A DNA stretch of 64,000 nucleotides from NCBI RefSeq assembly GCF_000143415.4, contig NW_003314398.1, forward strand, positions 1 to 64,000, in the 5' to 3' direction. Position numbers and translations under genes: made by a program. Shown here one piece after another: positions 10,817-24,484 of the stretch. The stretch is from Selaginella moellendorffii. Taxonomy: Eukaryota > Plantae > Lycopodiophyta. The notes under the pieces were generated by a model that was not told the DNA's origin, searched no databases, and was given only the letters and a program-made list of their open reading frames with translations. Within the stretch, counting starts at the first letter, position 1. Each line of letters opens with the position of its first letter.

Positions 10817-13800
10817 AGGGTCAAAACCACATGCGCTACATTTGGTATCAGAGGATGAGTCTCAGTGAGTACTATTCAATGAGATTGGGCAATTAGTCTC
10901 GTTGCATACGCAGAAATGAAAACGATGATCCGAGTGGGTACACGTTTGGGTGCAAAGGCTTCGCAATCATTCCTTGGGTATGGATTTGGTCACCTTGTTG
11001 TACCATATTCTGTGAGCTTGAGCTTGGGCTCACAAAAGGGATTGAGTTATTCCATTCTCACGAGTTTCAGCTTGGACTTGTGAGTGAGGCACATTAGCAA
11101 CTCAAGGTTACACTTTGAGTTGGCAGGATTAATGTTAGCCTATCAGTGGTTCCATGAGTTGTTCCATGTACCATGGGTGAAAGTGGCAAATAGGCCAGTC
11201 CGTAGCTATTTAGCACGGCACTAGTGGATCCTTCCTAGGCATGGTTACAAGTGGATCAATCAAGACTATAGGGATTAGTCTATTGGTTCAAATAATCATT
11301 GCCGTGCTCTCTCATAAACTTTTCTTGGATTGGACTGAAGGCAGTGCGAAAGCAAGCTTGAGGTTTAGTCAAAGATGAGACCGAAAAGAGAGTTGTCAGG
11401 GACAAAGGATCAAACACGTAAATCATTTTCTCTTGGAGAAATGATTTGCAACGAAGTGTTAATTCATTGCTCGTGTTCACATTATGCAATCAAGAGTCCC
11501 TACCTTGATGCATATTGGAAATGATGGTCTTGTAAGTGGTGAGTTGTGGGATGGATAGCGGTGAAGCGCTAAACCATTTTGTCTAGACTTGCTATTGGAA
11601 GACTTGGGTTACAATGCTCAATTCTTTTCTGGGGAACCTTGCTATTGCTCCTTGAGTAGCTTGGTGTTGGGTTAAGTTTTAAGTTTGGTCGGATAGCGAG
11701 TAGCATGAGCTTGTCTGTGTTGTGAACACAAGTTAATGGTGTTGGATGTTGTAAATCTCTATCGGTGGAGTGTGGTATTTATGTTGCATTTTGTCGAGTT
11801 GAGTTGGCACTTGATATTTCATGTAAACCTTTGAAGTAATAACATTGGCATTACTCATGGTGTTACTCAATTGATGATCAAGTCATTGTGATATTTATAT
11901 TATATCCATGTGATAATGAGTAATGTGTTTATGAAGTTGCTTAGTTAAACAATGATCAACCCCAAAAGTGGTTGATAGTGAAGTTAATCTACTTGCACGA
12001 AGTAGCATTGTAGTAGCTTTGACTAGATTCTCAATGGTGGTTCATTATGCTAAGCTTAAGTTAGGTCCTTGTTCCTTGGTTCCTTGAGGGTTTGACCATA
12101 AGATGTTGGAAAGGGTTGTAGCATTCATTTGCTATAGCTCATTAATTGATCTGTTAACACTTAGAGTAGATTGTTGGATAGAGAAGGTGTGAGGTTGAGG
12201 CATTAACATTACTAGCACTTGTGTTAATGGAAGTGGCATTGTTATTTTAAGTGATGAGGAAGTTTCCTTAGAGCTTGATTTTCCATGTCATTTTTCTTGT
12301 TAGTGTTTTAGCTTCACATTGGATCATGAAGGTGGTTGAAGAAGAGTGTTAGTATAATGTGGATATCCAAAGATGTGGTCTTCATGATCAAGACTTGGAT
12401 GTTCCATTTGCATTTTACGGATGTCAGTGTTGGATGGCGAAAGAATGGGCAAAAAGATGTTCGAGGCTTAAGCATACTATAGATCATGAGAATTTGTGTT
12501 GAGGTGAACCTATGTGAAGTTGTAAGTAGGAGGAAGTTGGTTGAGTCTTGAAAGTTTGCATTCCTAGATTGAAAGTCATTCTTTCTCTAGGATGGAAAAT
12601 TTTCTACAAATTTTCTTAGACTTATCCAATGGCTGATCTGTTGATCACTTTGCTCGAAAACCATTCTGTTTTCGAAAGCCAATACAAACTAGTGAAGGGG
12701 TTGGAGTTGACTTCAGTTGGCTTAGACCTTAGTATGTAGTTTGTATGATGTGGCCCGAAAGGGATGCTGACTTTTGGGGCTAAGGCAATTGAGTTGGATA
12801 GAGTCTGGAGTTGGTATAGAAAAGTAGCTGTTGCACTTTTCTAAGAAAGGTGACCCTTGTGCCTTTCTTCTGTAGCATTATGCTTGGTGGCAGGTTGCAC
12901 TTTGCATTTTGTAAGACTCTATGAGAGTAGTGAGCTCTCACTGATCTTGACTTGGTCTTGGTGGCTTTGCGCCTTGGTTGAGGATGGTGATGTCCAACTT
13001 AGTTGTTTGTAGTTGAGATGTTAGTACCCATACTATAGCTTTGTTTAAATGGAGGTTGTGCACTGATATGAGTCAATCTCATGGTCTTCACTTTAGTTTC
13101 GGCTAAGTGTTGATCATGCATAGCTAGCCTCTTCAAGGCATGCTCAAAGTTAGTGGTTAAGCCATTGCGTGAGCTATATCGCTCCACCACTTGCATTCGA
13201 GTGGTCATTTAGTTCGTGCTTGTTCATGAACCCTTATCTCGACCTGGGGTATTACGTTCATGTTGGACAAGTATATGACTTGATGACATGAGTTTAGTGT
13301 TTAGGTCTTATGAAGGCAAGTTGAAAGGTGATTGTTGGTTGCTTTGCAACTAGTGCTTACTTATAGACTCCGTTGAGGACTATTGACACTTGCTTCACTC
13401 GGTGAAGATTTAGCAGTGGTGGGTTTACTTTACCGGATGGTGTTGCGGAGGATCGTGTTGTTAGACTTACATGGGTTTTCCATGCTGGTCTCTCGACTCT
13501 ACTTCTATCAATATCATTTGGTTGCATTTAGTTCGTGGTGTTGGATTTCATTGAGTCTTGGATGTGGTGATTCACTCCTTGATGAAATGTTATCTGTAAT
13601 TGAGTATTGTTGAAGGATTGGTCTCGGATACTGAGTAAAGTATCTTCGACCTTGGTTAGCTTAGTTGCTAGAAAGTTTTGAGTGGTGATTCACTCTTGTT
13701 TTCTTCTAGCTTTGTTATAGTGTTGATGGCATTGAAGTGATGCCTTGTTATTGATATTATTGATGTTGAGATTCAAGTGAGATAAGATGTTTCTTCTTAG

Positions 13801-16549
13801 GATTGACATTGAGTTTCATTAGTCTTAATGAAGATAGTGCTGATGATTTGGCTATAGCTTTGTGTTATTGGCATTCGTACATTTGCTAGTTAACAACTAT
13901 GTTAATGTTCAAATGAACTGAGTGGCAAGTTTGAGTTAGTTGTGTTCTAAACGAGATTATTTAGTAGGGGTTGAGCTTTAAGCTTTTCCTTGAAAAGTGA
14001 TTTAGTCATGGACTGTGCTAACTCTACAAGTGGAAAAGTTAGTGATCGATATTGGAATATTTGAATCCTTATGGGATTTTAGTTGAAATATATCGATTAT
14101 TGATGATTCTTCTTATGCTTGTTATGAAGTGAGTTACGTCTTGCTATAGATAGATTCATGGAGGATTGTTTAGTGATCACTTGTTGAGCATAGTTTTGTT
14201 ATGCTTAGCTTTTGGATTGATGCAGACATGCTCTTCATTAGCTTTGGCATTATGAAGTTTGGCTTATGGATATGTTGAAGAGAATATTGTGGGTTGCACC
14301 ATGATTTCTTCTTTAGCATTGACGTTATTTCATGTGAGACTCGTGATCATTATTAAGCAAGACTTGGCTATAGACTTCTTCGAGTTTGTGGTTCTTTGAG
14401 TTTTATGCTTATTGTTCCATTTGTTAGAAGTTGTTAGGGAAAGGCATTTTGGCTCATTAGTTTCAATGTTGATGTTGGTTTTTGCATCTAGCAATCATTA
14501 GTGATGATTGACTATCATCTAGGGTAGTTGATTATCCTTATCAAAAGTTTTGCTTGATTATTGTTGGTCTAGAATTATTTGCTATTCTTCGGGATAGTAA
14601 ATTCTTGCTTAACGATGATTTGGCATATCTTTTTGATGGGATAATTGATGATCTTTCATGATAGTTAGTTGTTCTCTTTGATAGCTTTTGGCTTTTCGCA
14701 ATACCACATGTTCTTTATGGTTTGCTTTAGATTGGTCTCTTGGGTTTGAAGCATCCATAGGATGTTGTTGACACTTGCTTAGGCAACTTGAGTTCCTTAG
14801 TGTTGTTGACTGGGATCTATTCGGATTGGGTCGTGTGATAGTTGGCATGACTAAGGGTTTGTTGGTCTTACCTCCTTCATTCTGTTCTGTTGACTATTGC
14901 TCAAGTTAGTTCTGATAGATTGGGATGTTATTTCCTTCATATATATATATCATATCCATGTGATAATGAGCAATGTGGTTATGAAGTTGCTTGGTTAGAC
15001 GATGATCAACCCCAAAGTGGTTGATGGTGACGCTAGTCTACTTACATAAAGTATTTCCTTTGGGTGATACATTCGCGAGCATTGTGCTTGTCAGTCAATG
15101 ATATTTTGTGTTCTTTGAGTTATCTCTAGTAAGTTGTTGGCTTACTATCTGCTATCTTCAGTAGTTAAGTTTCATCATTGAGTTTACTTGATGATATACT
15201 TGCTATTGAATTTTGTTGGATGGTGATTCCTATGTTTACCAATTATAATGATCTTGGTGGTTCTTATACTCTACTACTAGTTTATCGGATGATAACTTAC
15301 TTGGAATACTCTTGTGTTCTAATATAAGATTATTCACTGATAATTAAGACTCTAAGATATCATTGTTTATGTCTTTGATATTGTCCATCTATTGATCTTT
15401 GAATTTTGGGCCAGTATAGGTAGACTGGCTTTGGCACTTTGTGTGCATGGTGAAATCTCTCATCATGGGGTAGCTACTGTCGACTGGTCACATAACCCGC
15501 CTCTTTGTCAATGTTCTTTATTCAGTTGAAAGGGCGTGACCGTGTAAACAACTCTAACTGCTTGTTTACAGTAGTCTATCTAAACCTTACCAATGGGTTT
15601 GGTTTCTTTGCTCATGAGGGTTGGGGCCTCTGGCTTCTCTCTCTATGTCCCTGTGGGTAGGGGCATATCACACTTTTGTAAGCTGGGTGACTCCCAGAGC
15701 AGCAAGGGTGGCTGACTCCGTTGGTCATTTCCTTATCGGCGATGGCCGGAAGGTGTCTGAGCTGGTAGCGCATCCGCGTTAGACAAAGAGATTGCCTCCT
15801 AACTCATTTAAGTTGGTGCATTTCTCACATAGTGTGAATACCGTGAACTTTTTCTGGAGTTGTTTCCTTGGCGGTATTCTAGACTCGAGTGTGCATCGAC
15901 GAGGACGTCGATCTTCCCTAGGGGGGGAGAGTGTCGCAAATGTGACTTTGGGTATCAAAAGTTACTTGTCAACTAGTCCTTACGGACACTCTTACCTTAC
16001 TGCCATGATGGCAAGAGGTCGGTATTGCTGGGCCCGTTATCAATCTCCGCCTAAGCTAGTTGAGAAACTGGTCTTCGCATGTGCACTTGACCAGATGGGC
16101 ATAAGGACGGAATTCCTACGTGCTATTTGTCAAGCATACTTGAACTAGTTAGAGAAACTCATTCGTTGACTTGCACTTGCTAGTGTTGGGAACCCCCGCG
16201 ATATTGAGATTGGTCCCTCAATATTGCTAGATAATAGTTTACCGTGTTTGCCAAACACCCTTGCTATTATGCCCTTTGTGTTAGTCTCAATTCAGTCCCA
16301 AAAGCTATGCCAGATTTGCTCATTTGGCATATCTACAGAATGTAGAGATCATCCTAAACACAATGGTGTTCATCCCGTGTCCAAATTCGCAATCTTGGGA
16401 CATTCCATATTTAGTAAGTTTCGAGCTTGTCCCAGAGACTAACTCCTGATACTAAGGGAAGCTTGGGGTGAAAGCCCAAAGCGTGTGTTCCTCAGGGGGG
16501 GGGGGGGGGGCTGTGGGGGGTTCCAAATGTATAGTAGGGATAGTGGGTA

Positions 16550-19178
16550 TGTCGCGAATGTGACTTTGGGTATCAAAAGTTACCTGTCGACTAGTCCTTA
16601 CAAACACTTTTACCTTACTGCCACGATGGCAGGAGGTCGGTATTGCTGGACCCGTTATCAATTCCCCACTTGAGCTAGTTGAGAAACTGGTCAATGACCG
16701 TGTACTTAGATCGGATAAACATAAGGTAGGAACCCTATGTGTTTCTTGCTGAGCATACTCGGCCTGGTTTGAGAAACTCCTGTCATTGGCTTGCACTTGC
16801 TAGTATCAAGAACCCCCGCGATATTGAGATTGGTCCCTCAATATCGCTAGATGATAGCTTACCGTGTCTGCCAAACACCCTCGCTATCATGCCCTTTGTG
16901 TTAGTCTCATTTCGGTCCCAAATGCTATTTATGGAAAGTGTCCAAATTTGCTCATTTGGCATATCTACGGAATGTAGAGATTGTCCTGAATACAATAGTG
17001 TTCGTCTCGTGTCCAAATTCGCAATCTAGGGACATTCCATATTTAGTAAGTTTCGAGCTTGTTCCAAAGACTAACTTCTGATACTAAGGGAGGCTTGGGG
17101 TGAAAGCCCAAAGCGTGTGTTCCTCAAGGGGGGGGGGGGGCTGTGGGGGGTTCCAAATGTATAGTAGGGATAGTGGGTAGGTCGGGCATGGCCGACCAAC
17201 CTGAGGCATAGTCTAGCTCCTGCTTGCGTGCCTGTCCTTATTCTGCGTCCGGCTTGGGTCTAAGCCCAAGCTCCATTCCATGCTAGTTGGTGGAGTACCC
17301 ATGTCCTCGCGTTAGGCCACCGGTATGCTGAAATAGCGCCAGACTCCGTTTGGCTCTGTTTTGCGTGCTAGTCCTGGCGTTGGGATGCTGGTTACTCTAG
17401 GACTGTTCCAAGTCGCTCCGGGCTCCTGTCCCTTCGCTCCTTGGGCTTTATGTTCGGGAGTTGCTCCATGGTTCGGTTCCATCACTCTTTGGCTCCATGC
17501 TTGGGAGTTTGGCACCGTTCCTTCGTTCAGTGGCCCAAGGCCCTGGACCTCGGGTTCCTATGGACACGTGGCATGGACACGTGGCATGTGACACGTGGCA
17601 TCTGTCACGTGGCACAAAGAGGGTCTAGGTTCCGCTTCGTGGTGTTATCCTATGGTAAATCACCATAGGATAAAGGGTCAAAACCACGTGCGCTACATTT
17701 GGTATCAGAGCATGAGTCTCAGCGAGTACTATTCAATGAGATTGGGCAACTAGTCTCGTTGCATACGCAAAGATGAAAACAATGATCCGAGTGGGTACAC
17801 GTTTGGTGCAAAGGGTTCACATTCGTTCCTTGGGTATGGTTTTGGTTACCTTTTGTACCTAATAATGTGAGCTTGCTCTTGGGCTCATAGGATGGATTTG
17901 AGATGCTCCGTTAGCACGAGTTTACGCTTGGGCTCGTGTGTGAGGCACATTAGCAACTCGAGGTTACACTTTGAGTTGGCAGGATTAATGTTAGTCTATC
18001 GTTGGTTCCATGAGTTGTTCCATGTACCGTGGGTGAAAGCAAACCTTCCTTGGGTTTGCTATGAGTGGTAAATAGGCCAGTCCGTAGCTATTTAGCACGG
18101 CACTAGTGGATCCTTCCTAGGCATGGTTACAAGTGGATCAATCAAGACTATAGGGATTAGTCTATTGGTTCAAATAATCATTGCCGTGCTCTCTCATAAA
18201 CTTTTCTTGGATTGGACTGAAGGCAGTGCGAAAGCAAGCTTGAGGTTTGGTTAAAGATGAGACCGAAAAGAGAGTCGTCGGGGACGAAGGATCAAACACG
18301 TAAATCATCTTCTCTTTTTGGAAAGATGATTTGCAACGAGGTGTTAACTCATTGCTCGTGGTCATATTATGCAATCAAGAGTCTCTACCTTGATGCATCT
18401 TGGAAATGATAGTCTTACAAATGGCAAGTTATGGGATGGATAACAGTTTAAGCGTTATACCATTTTGTCTAGACTCGCTATTGGAAAACTTGAGTTACAA
18501 TGCTCAATTCTTTTCCGGGGAACCTTGCTATTGCTCCTTGAGTGGCTTGGTGTTGGATTAGTTTTGAGTTTGGTTGGATAGAGAGTGGCATGAGCTTGTC
18601 TGTGTTGTGAACAAAAGTTAGTGATGTTGGGTGTTGTAAATCTCTATCGGTGGAGTGTGGCATTTATGTTGCATTTTGTCGAATTGAGTTGGCACTTGAT
18701 ACTCACATAAACCTTTGAAGTAATGACATTGGCATTGTTTGTGGTGTTGCTCAATTGATGATCAAGTCATTGTGATTTCTATATCATATCCATGTGATAA
18801 TGAGCAATGTGTTTACGAAGTTGCTTGGTTAAACGATGATAAACCCCAAAGTGGTTGATGGTGATGCTAGTCTACTTACATATAGTAACATTGGAGTAGC
18901 TTCAACTAGATTCTCAATAGTGATCCATTATGCTAAGCTTAAGTTGGTACATTGTTTCCTTGAGGGTTTGCCCATAAAGTGTTGGAAAAGGGTTATATCA
19001 TTCATTTGCTATAACTTGTCAAATGATCCGTTAGCACTTGGAGTAGATCGTCGGATGGAGAAGGTGTGTAGTTGAGGCATTGACATTGCTAGCACTTGTG
19101 CTAGTGGAGATGATATTGTTATTTCGAGTGATGAGGAATTTTCCTTGAGCTTGATTTTCCATGTCATTTTTCTTGTTA
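16550..19178 (+). mobile_element. LTR element copy D: complete 5' LTR 16550-17697, PBS 17700-17711, truncated internal region
   Basis: TGTCGCGAATG...CGCTACA-TT-TGGTATCAGAGC; starts inside the 3' LTR of copy C. Confidence 0.9.
17562..17614 (+). promoter_or_regulatory. Tandem ABRE/G-box array in the LTR of copy D
   Basis: Three GACACGTGGC plus one TCACGTGGC. Confidence 0.7.
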
Positions 19179-19334
19179 CACTTGAACAAAAGAGGCTAAT
19201 AAAGGGAACTAGCAATATCGACCTCCTGCCATTAAGGAAAGAGTGTCCGTAAGGACTGGCTGGCAGTAAGGAAAGAGTGTCCGTAAGGACTGGCTGGCAG
19301 GTAACTTTCGATACCTGAAGTCACATTCACGACA
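19179..19334 (-). mobile_element. Displaced first ~130 bp of an LTR (probable remainder of the copy B 5' LTR), with an internal ~34-bp duplication
   Basis: Ends CATTCACGACA (reverse complement of the LTR start); its inner end CACTTGAAC continues where the copy B LTR breaks at 9671, as judged from copy E TTCAAGTG-TTAATAAACT. Confidence 0.75.
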
Positions 19335-21714
19335 GTAACAAAGTTAGTGGTATTCTAAACGAGATTGTTTAGTAGAGATTGTGTTTTGGCTTTTCCTTGA
19401 AAAGTGATTTAGTCATGCATTCTATTAGCTTTACAAGAGGAAGAGTTAATTTCGATATTGAAATGATTGAATCTTTATTGAATTTAAGTTGAGATATATC
19501 AATCATTGATGATTTTTTCTTATACTTGTTATAAAGTCAATTATGTTTTATTATAAAAGATGGATTTATGGAGGATTGTTTGGAGATTATTTATGAAGTA
19601 TAATTTCATTCTGCTTGGCTTTTGGAATGATGCAAATATACTCTTCATTAGTTTTTGCATTATGAAGTTTAACTTTTGAATGTGCGAAAAAGAATATTGT
19701 GAGTTGTATCATAATTTTTTCTTTAACATTGAAGTTAGTTCATGGAAAGCTTGTGATTATTGTTAAGCAAGACTTGGTTATAAACTTCTTTAAACTTTTA
19801 GTTCTTTGATTTTTTATGTTTATTGTTCTATTTGTTATAAGTTGTTGGAGAAGGCATTTTAGCTCCATCAGTTTCGATGTTGAATAAGTATTTACATCTA
19901 GCAATCATTAATGATGATTGACTATCATCTACAATAATTAATTATCTTTGTCAAAGGTTTTGCAAAATTATTGTGTTAAATGATTTACCATTCTTTATGA
20001 TAGTAAATTATTTATTCAATAATGATTATACATTTCTCTATTAATGGGATGATTGATGATCTTTTATGATCATTAATTATTCTCATTGAAAGCTTTTGGC
20101 TTTCCATATTTTTACATGTTTTTTGTGGTTTGCTCTAGATTGGTCTCTTAGGTTTGAGACATCAGTAAAATGTTGATGATGCTTGATGAAGAAATTTGAA
20201 TTCCTTAATATGGTTAACTAAGATTTATTCAAATGAATGAGTGTTTGTTTACTTTGCAACATTTATTCTGTTTTGTTGATTATTATTAGAGTTGGTTTTG
20301 ATAGATTAAAATGTTATTTCCTTTAGATGATACATTCATAATCATTTTGTTTATTTATTAATGATACTTTGTGTTTTTTTAGTTCTCTTGTATATTTTGT
20401 TTGGCATACTGTTGTAGTTAAGATTTATCATTTCCTTAATGATCTATGTGTTATTAAATTTTATTGGTTGGTTAATCTTGTAATTCTGGTTTATCAAATG
20501 ATAAATTACTTAGAATACTTTTTGTATTCTAATTTAAGCTTTATTCATTAATAATTTAGTCTTTTAGATATCATTATCTCTGACTTTGATATTGTCCATT
20601 TATTAATCTTTGGATTTGGGCTAGTATAAGTAAACTAGTTTCGACACTTCGTGCGCATAGTGAAATCTTTTATCATATTATAGACTGGTCACATCACCTT
20701 ACCTCTTTCTCAATGTTCTTTATTTCTTAAAAAGGGGTGTAAATAACTCTAATTGCCTATTTAGAGTAGTTTATCTATTTGGTTTATTTGCTCATAAGGG
20801 TTAAGGCCTCTAGCTTCTCTCTCTATGTCATATATAAGTAGGGGTATATCATCTTTTGTAAGTTGAGTGACACTCAGAGCAATAAGGGTGGCTAACTCTA
20901 TTAGTCAATTCTTTGTTAGTGATAATTAGAAAGTGTTTAAATTGTACTGCATTTATGTTAAATAGAGAGTTGCCCCTTAACTCATTTAAGTTGGTGCATT
21001 TCTTACAAAGCATGAATACTATAAACTTTTTTTTGGAGTTGTTTTTTTGGTGGTATTCTAAACTCAAGTGTGTATTGACGAAGACATCAATCTTCTTTAA
21101 GGGGGGGAGAGTGTCACAACTTTAATTGCAAATATTGAAAGTTACATGTTAACAAGTTATTTAAGATATTCTTTCCTTACTGCTACAATGGTAGGAAGTC
21201 AATATTGTTAAACCCTTTATCAATCCCTTTTATTCAAGTGTTAATAAACTTAATTTAGCATCTATACTTAGCCGGATGAGCATAAAAAAAGAATTCTTAA
21301 GTGTCTATTTAGCCAAACATTTAGCCCAGTTTGTTAATTCTCTTTTGCTTTATTTTGCATTAGCTTAACAAAAGTCCCCACGATATTGAGTTTGGCCCCT
21401 TAATGCTCATTAAGTGATAAATTACCATATCTGCCAAACATTATGCCCAATGCTCTTTATATTTCCAGATTCATAATCTAGCACCATTCTATATTTAGTA
21501 AATTTCAAGCTTATCCTAGAGATTAACTCTTGGTACTAATTAGATATGGCCAATAAAGTATAGTCTAGCTCTCACTCTCACTCCATTCCTTCATTTGGTG
21601 ATCCAAAGCCTTGAAACTTAGGTTCTACTCCTTAGACACATGCTATATAGAAAGTTTAAGTTCCATTTCATGGTTATCCTAATAGAATAAAAAGTGAAAA
21701 CTATGTATGCTACA
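19335..21714 (+). mobile_element. LTR element copy E, most decayed: 3' internal region, PPT ~21100-21111 and deleted 3' LTR 21112-21714
   Basis: Colinear with 13920-16500 but strongly C>T/G>A shifted; GGGGGGGAGAG|TGTCAC start and ...ATGCTACA end. Confidence 0.8.
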
Positions 21715-22039
21715 AGATTATCAATTCTTATTGTAGCTGCTAGACAATAGGGTATTGTTTTAGTCAATGCAAAATATAGAAAGGTTAGCCACTCACAATT
21801 TAGTAAGCTTGCATGATAAGTAAGTTTCAAGAATTCAAAGACAAATCTATATAAACAAGTGTATATAGTAGCAGTTTATTTCAAGTTTGTTACATATGGC
21901 TTGGGGAGTTGGGGATCCCCAACCAAGGCACTCCACTCATGCCCTGAGTGCAATGACATCTCTTGGACAATTATCATCAGTCGGCCACGTGCAGATCAGC
22001 AGCTACATGAAATCCATCTCCAAAAGGAAGCTAGAATGG

Positions 22040-23133
22040 AATTTAGGTGTCATGGACGGCCATGATCGCTGGATACGCCACATGGGCAAGGCATGAGCGT
22101 TGTTCGATGCTATTCCAGAAAGCAATGTCATCTCATGGAACGTGTTCATTGACAGCTGGAACAACAAAGGGAATCTAGAGGACACCGAGCACTTGTCCAA
22201 CGAATGCCTGGCTAGGACATGGCCACAATGGCAACAATGATCCAATCTGCCGTATTGTTCTTCCACTCTGGCATGAGCGAGCACAATTTGATGATCTCTT
22301 GATGATCTCAGCCTACGTTGCTTCCGGAGATCTTGGAGCTGCAATCAGAGTGCTGGATAGAATGTGCGAGAGGAACCTCATCACTCTGGTCGTGATCCTC
22401 CAGGGCTACACTGCCACTGGGCAGCTCGAGGAGGCCAACTATATGTTCGACAATGCAATGCCAGAGCGCGATACAATGCCATGGAATGTGATATTCCAGG
22501 GGTATGCCCAGCGGGGGCATATGAAGTAGGCAAAGCTCTGTACGAGAGAATACCTGAGAAAGACCTCGTCTCGTCCACCTCGATGCTCCAATTTCTTGCC
22601 ATAAACGCATGCATGCAAGAGGCAAAGCTCGTCTTTGATGCCACTCCTCACTGTGATATCGTGCTGTGCAATGCCCTCCTCCAGGCCTTTGCACAGCACG
22701 GCTATCTTCCAAACGCCAAGCGCTCTTCGATTCCATGGCAGAGAGAGACGTCCTGGACCACCATGTCATGCCCGGGGCCTTGTAGCAGACCACGGACGAG
22801 ACACCATTGATGTCTTCACGACGATGATGTTTGATCCCGACCATTCAGCGTTTGTGAGTTCTCGGTGCTTGGGTTGTTCAAGCAGGGATGGAATTATTTT
22901 CGAAACATGGTCGACGATCATCAATGGGGAGCACACTACTAGCCAAGGCCGAGGATCTCATCTCCAGCATGCCTTACGTCCCTGATGGAATCACTTGGAT
23001 GGCGTTTCTCGCTCCCTGTCGGCTCCAAGAAGATCCACAACGAGCAACAGTCGCTGCTCGACAGCACCATCTCGTCACCGCATGCTCTCCTTTCCAGCAC
23101 CTACGTAGTCGTGCTCTAGACTGGACCAAGTGA
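22040..23133 (+). pseudogene. PLS/SS-class PPR-E pseudogene
   Basis: Fragments such as SAYVASGDLGAAIRVLDRMCERN, MPERDTMPWN and an E-like LISSMPYVPDGITWMAFLAPC, split over frames with stops. Confidence 0.8.
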
Positions 23134-23139
23134 TGAAGA

Positions 23140-23300
23140 GAGCCCAAGAACACCTCGAGCAGCGTTAACTGCTAGATGGTGGTGAGATCTTGATCGCAGG
23201 TGCTGGAGCAAGCATCCCCAAGCAACGGCATCCGGGACAAACGGTATTGTCTCGAGAAGTTCGTGAGCTTCTTCTGCTCGTCCCGAGTTTCCCAGCAGTG
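23140..23300 (-). pseudogene. 3' (E-domain) fragment of a convergent PPR pseudogene
   Basis: Minus strand reads LGRAEEAHELLETIPFVPDAVAWGCLL; paralogous to 27950-28112. Confidence 0.65.
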
Positions 23301-24484
23301 AGAGCTACAAACACATTTGGTTTGCTTATCGAAATTCGTCCTCGCAAAGTTATTGGCCTAGAGCGCAGGTGCAGGCTTGCTCAATAAGTTGAAAGCTGGG
23401 ATTTACCGACAGGTTGTATATCTGCACAAGGTGTTATTAGTCTGTCCGTCCCACCAGGGTCGCCATGAACCAGGTAATGTTTAAGAGCCGGAGGTGGTGA
23501 AGCTCAACATCGCTGCTGCTCGTCCTCGGGCTGTAAATTACAAGGACGTTTCTCTCCTTCCTTGCCCTGCCTTTCACTAAAAACACGGCCTGGCTTTTCC
23601 ATACGACCTCTAGCACCGTGCACTGTAATATTTAGATAACTTGCTCCGGTTTACGACATAATTTACAGTTTTGTAAGCATTTAAATCCCATGCTAATATG
23701 TTACCGTATAATAATAATAATTTAACCATAAAAGCATATTTTTAATGATATTTAAACCTGAATCTATTATGGGTTTGTTTTTTGATTTTTTACGCCTTAA
23801 CGCCTGCACCAAGAAAAAATAATCAACACGCAAAGCAAACACACACAAAATTAAAATTAAAATCTTTACTTGGTCCATCAAACTCTTCTGGATCAAGACA
23901 GGCCCAGATGAGATCGTAGTTGATTGCCTCTGGAATCGCCTCTGGTGTCTCCTCCCTACAAAAAAGTAAAATAAAATTCAGCAGCCAAGAAGAAGAAGAA
24001 GAAGAAGAAAGCTTACTTCCCAAGGCAACAGTAAAAGTAACTCGGTCTCTTATAATCTGGAGGTTTCCACATCGATGGTCGCTCCTCATCCGGCATTAAA
24101 AGATACTTCCGGTTCTTCATTTTCTCCTCGTGTTTCTTGTGTGCAGCAGCCCGTTGTTCGTCGGAGAGGTAATCTGGGAACTTCAATTCCACGGGTATGT
24201 CTTCGTGTCGAGGAAAGTAAAGACGAGCACCCTACAAGATAAAGAGAGTCAAACAATCACAAAAATTTGGGAGCTTGGCTTACGGAACGCTCGTACCAAA
24301 AGCGTTCCACCGGATATTTCCCATACTCTCTGTCCATCCGCTTCACTGCCGTGTAAGGATAAGTGGTTTTAACTTCCACTAGCCCAGCTACATAATAGAG
24401 TAAAAGAGAGAGAGAAAAAGTAAAGGGAATCATCAAAATCAAACTTACGAAGTAGCATGGCTCCCGGCTGACTCCTTGTGATCC

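Larger units (their letters stand above)
9672..16549 (+). mobile_element. LTR element copy C, near full length: 5' LTR 9672-10840, PBS 10843-10853, internal ~5.1 kb, PPT 15920-15931, 3' LTR 15932-16549 (interrupted by copy D); apparently non-autonomous
   Basis: TGTCG...CTACA termini, TGGTATCAGAG PBS, AGGGGGGGAGAG PPT and highly similar LTR pair; no gag/RT/RH/IN motif recognised. Confidence 0.9.

Noticed and set aside
1-21714. Fungal RIP as the cause of the C>T/G>A decay
   Set aside because: Gene content is land-plant; deamination of methylated cytosine is sufficient
1578-21830. Short hydrophobic ORFs on the T/G-rich strand and within LTRs
   Set aside because: Explained by strand skew and repeat copies; no domain motifs; LTR ORFs are not consistently open
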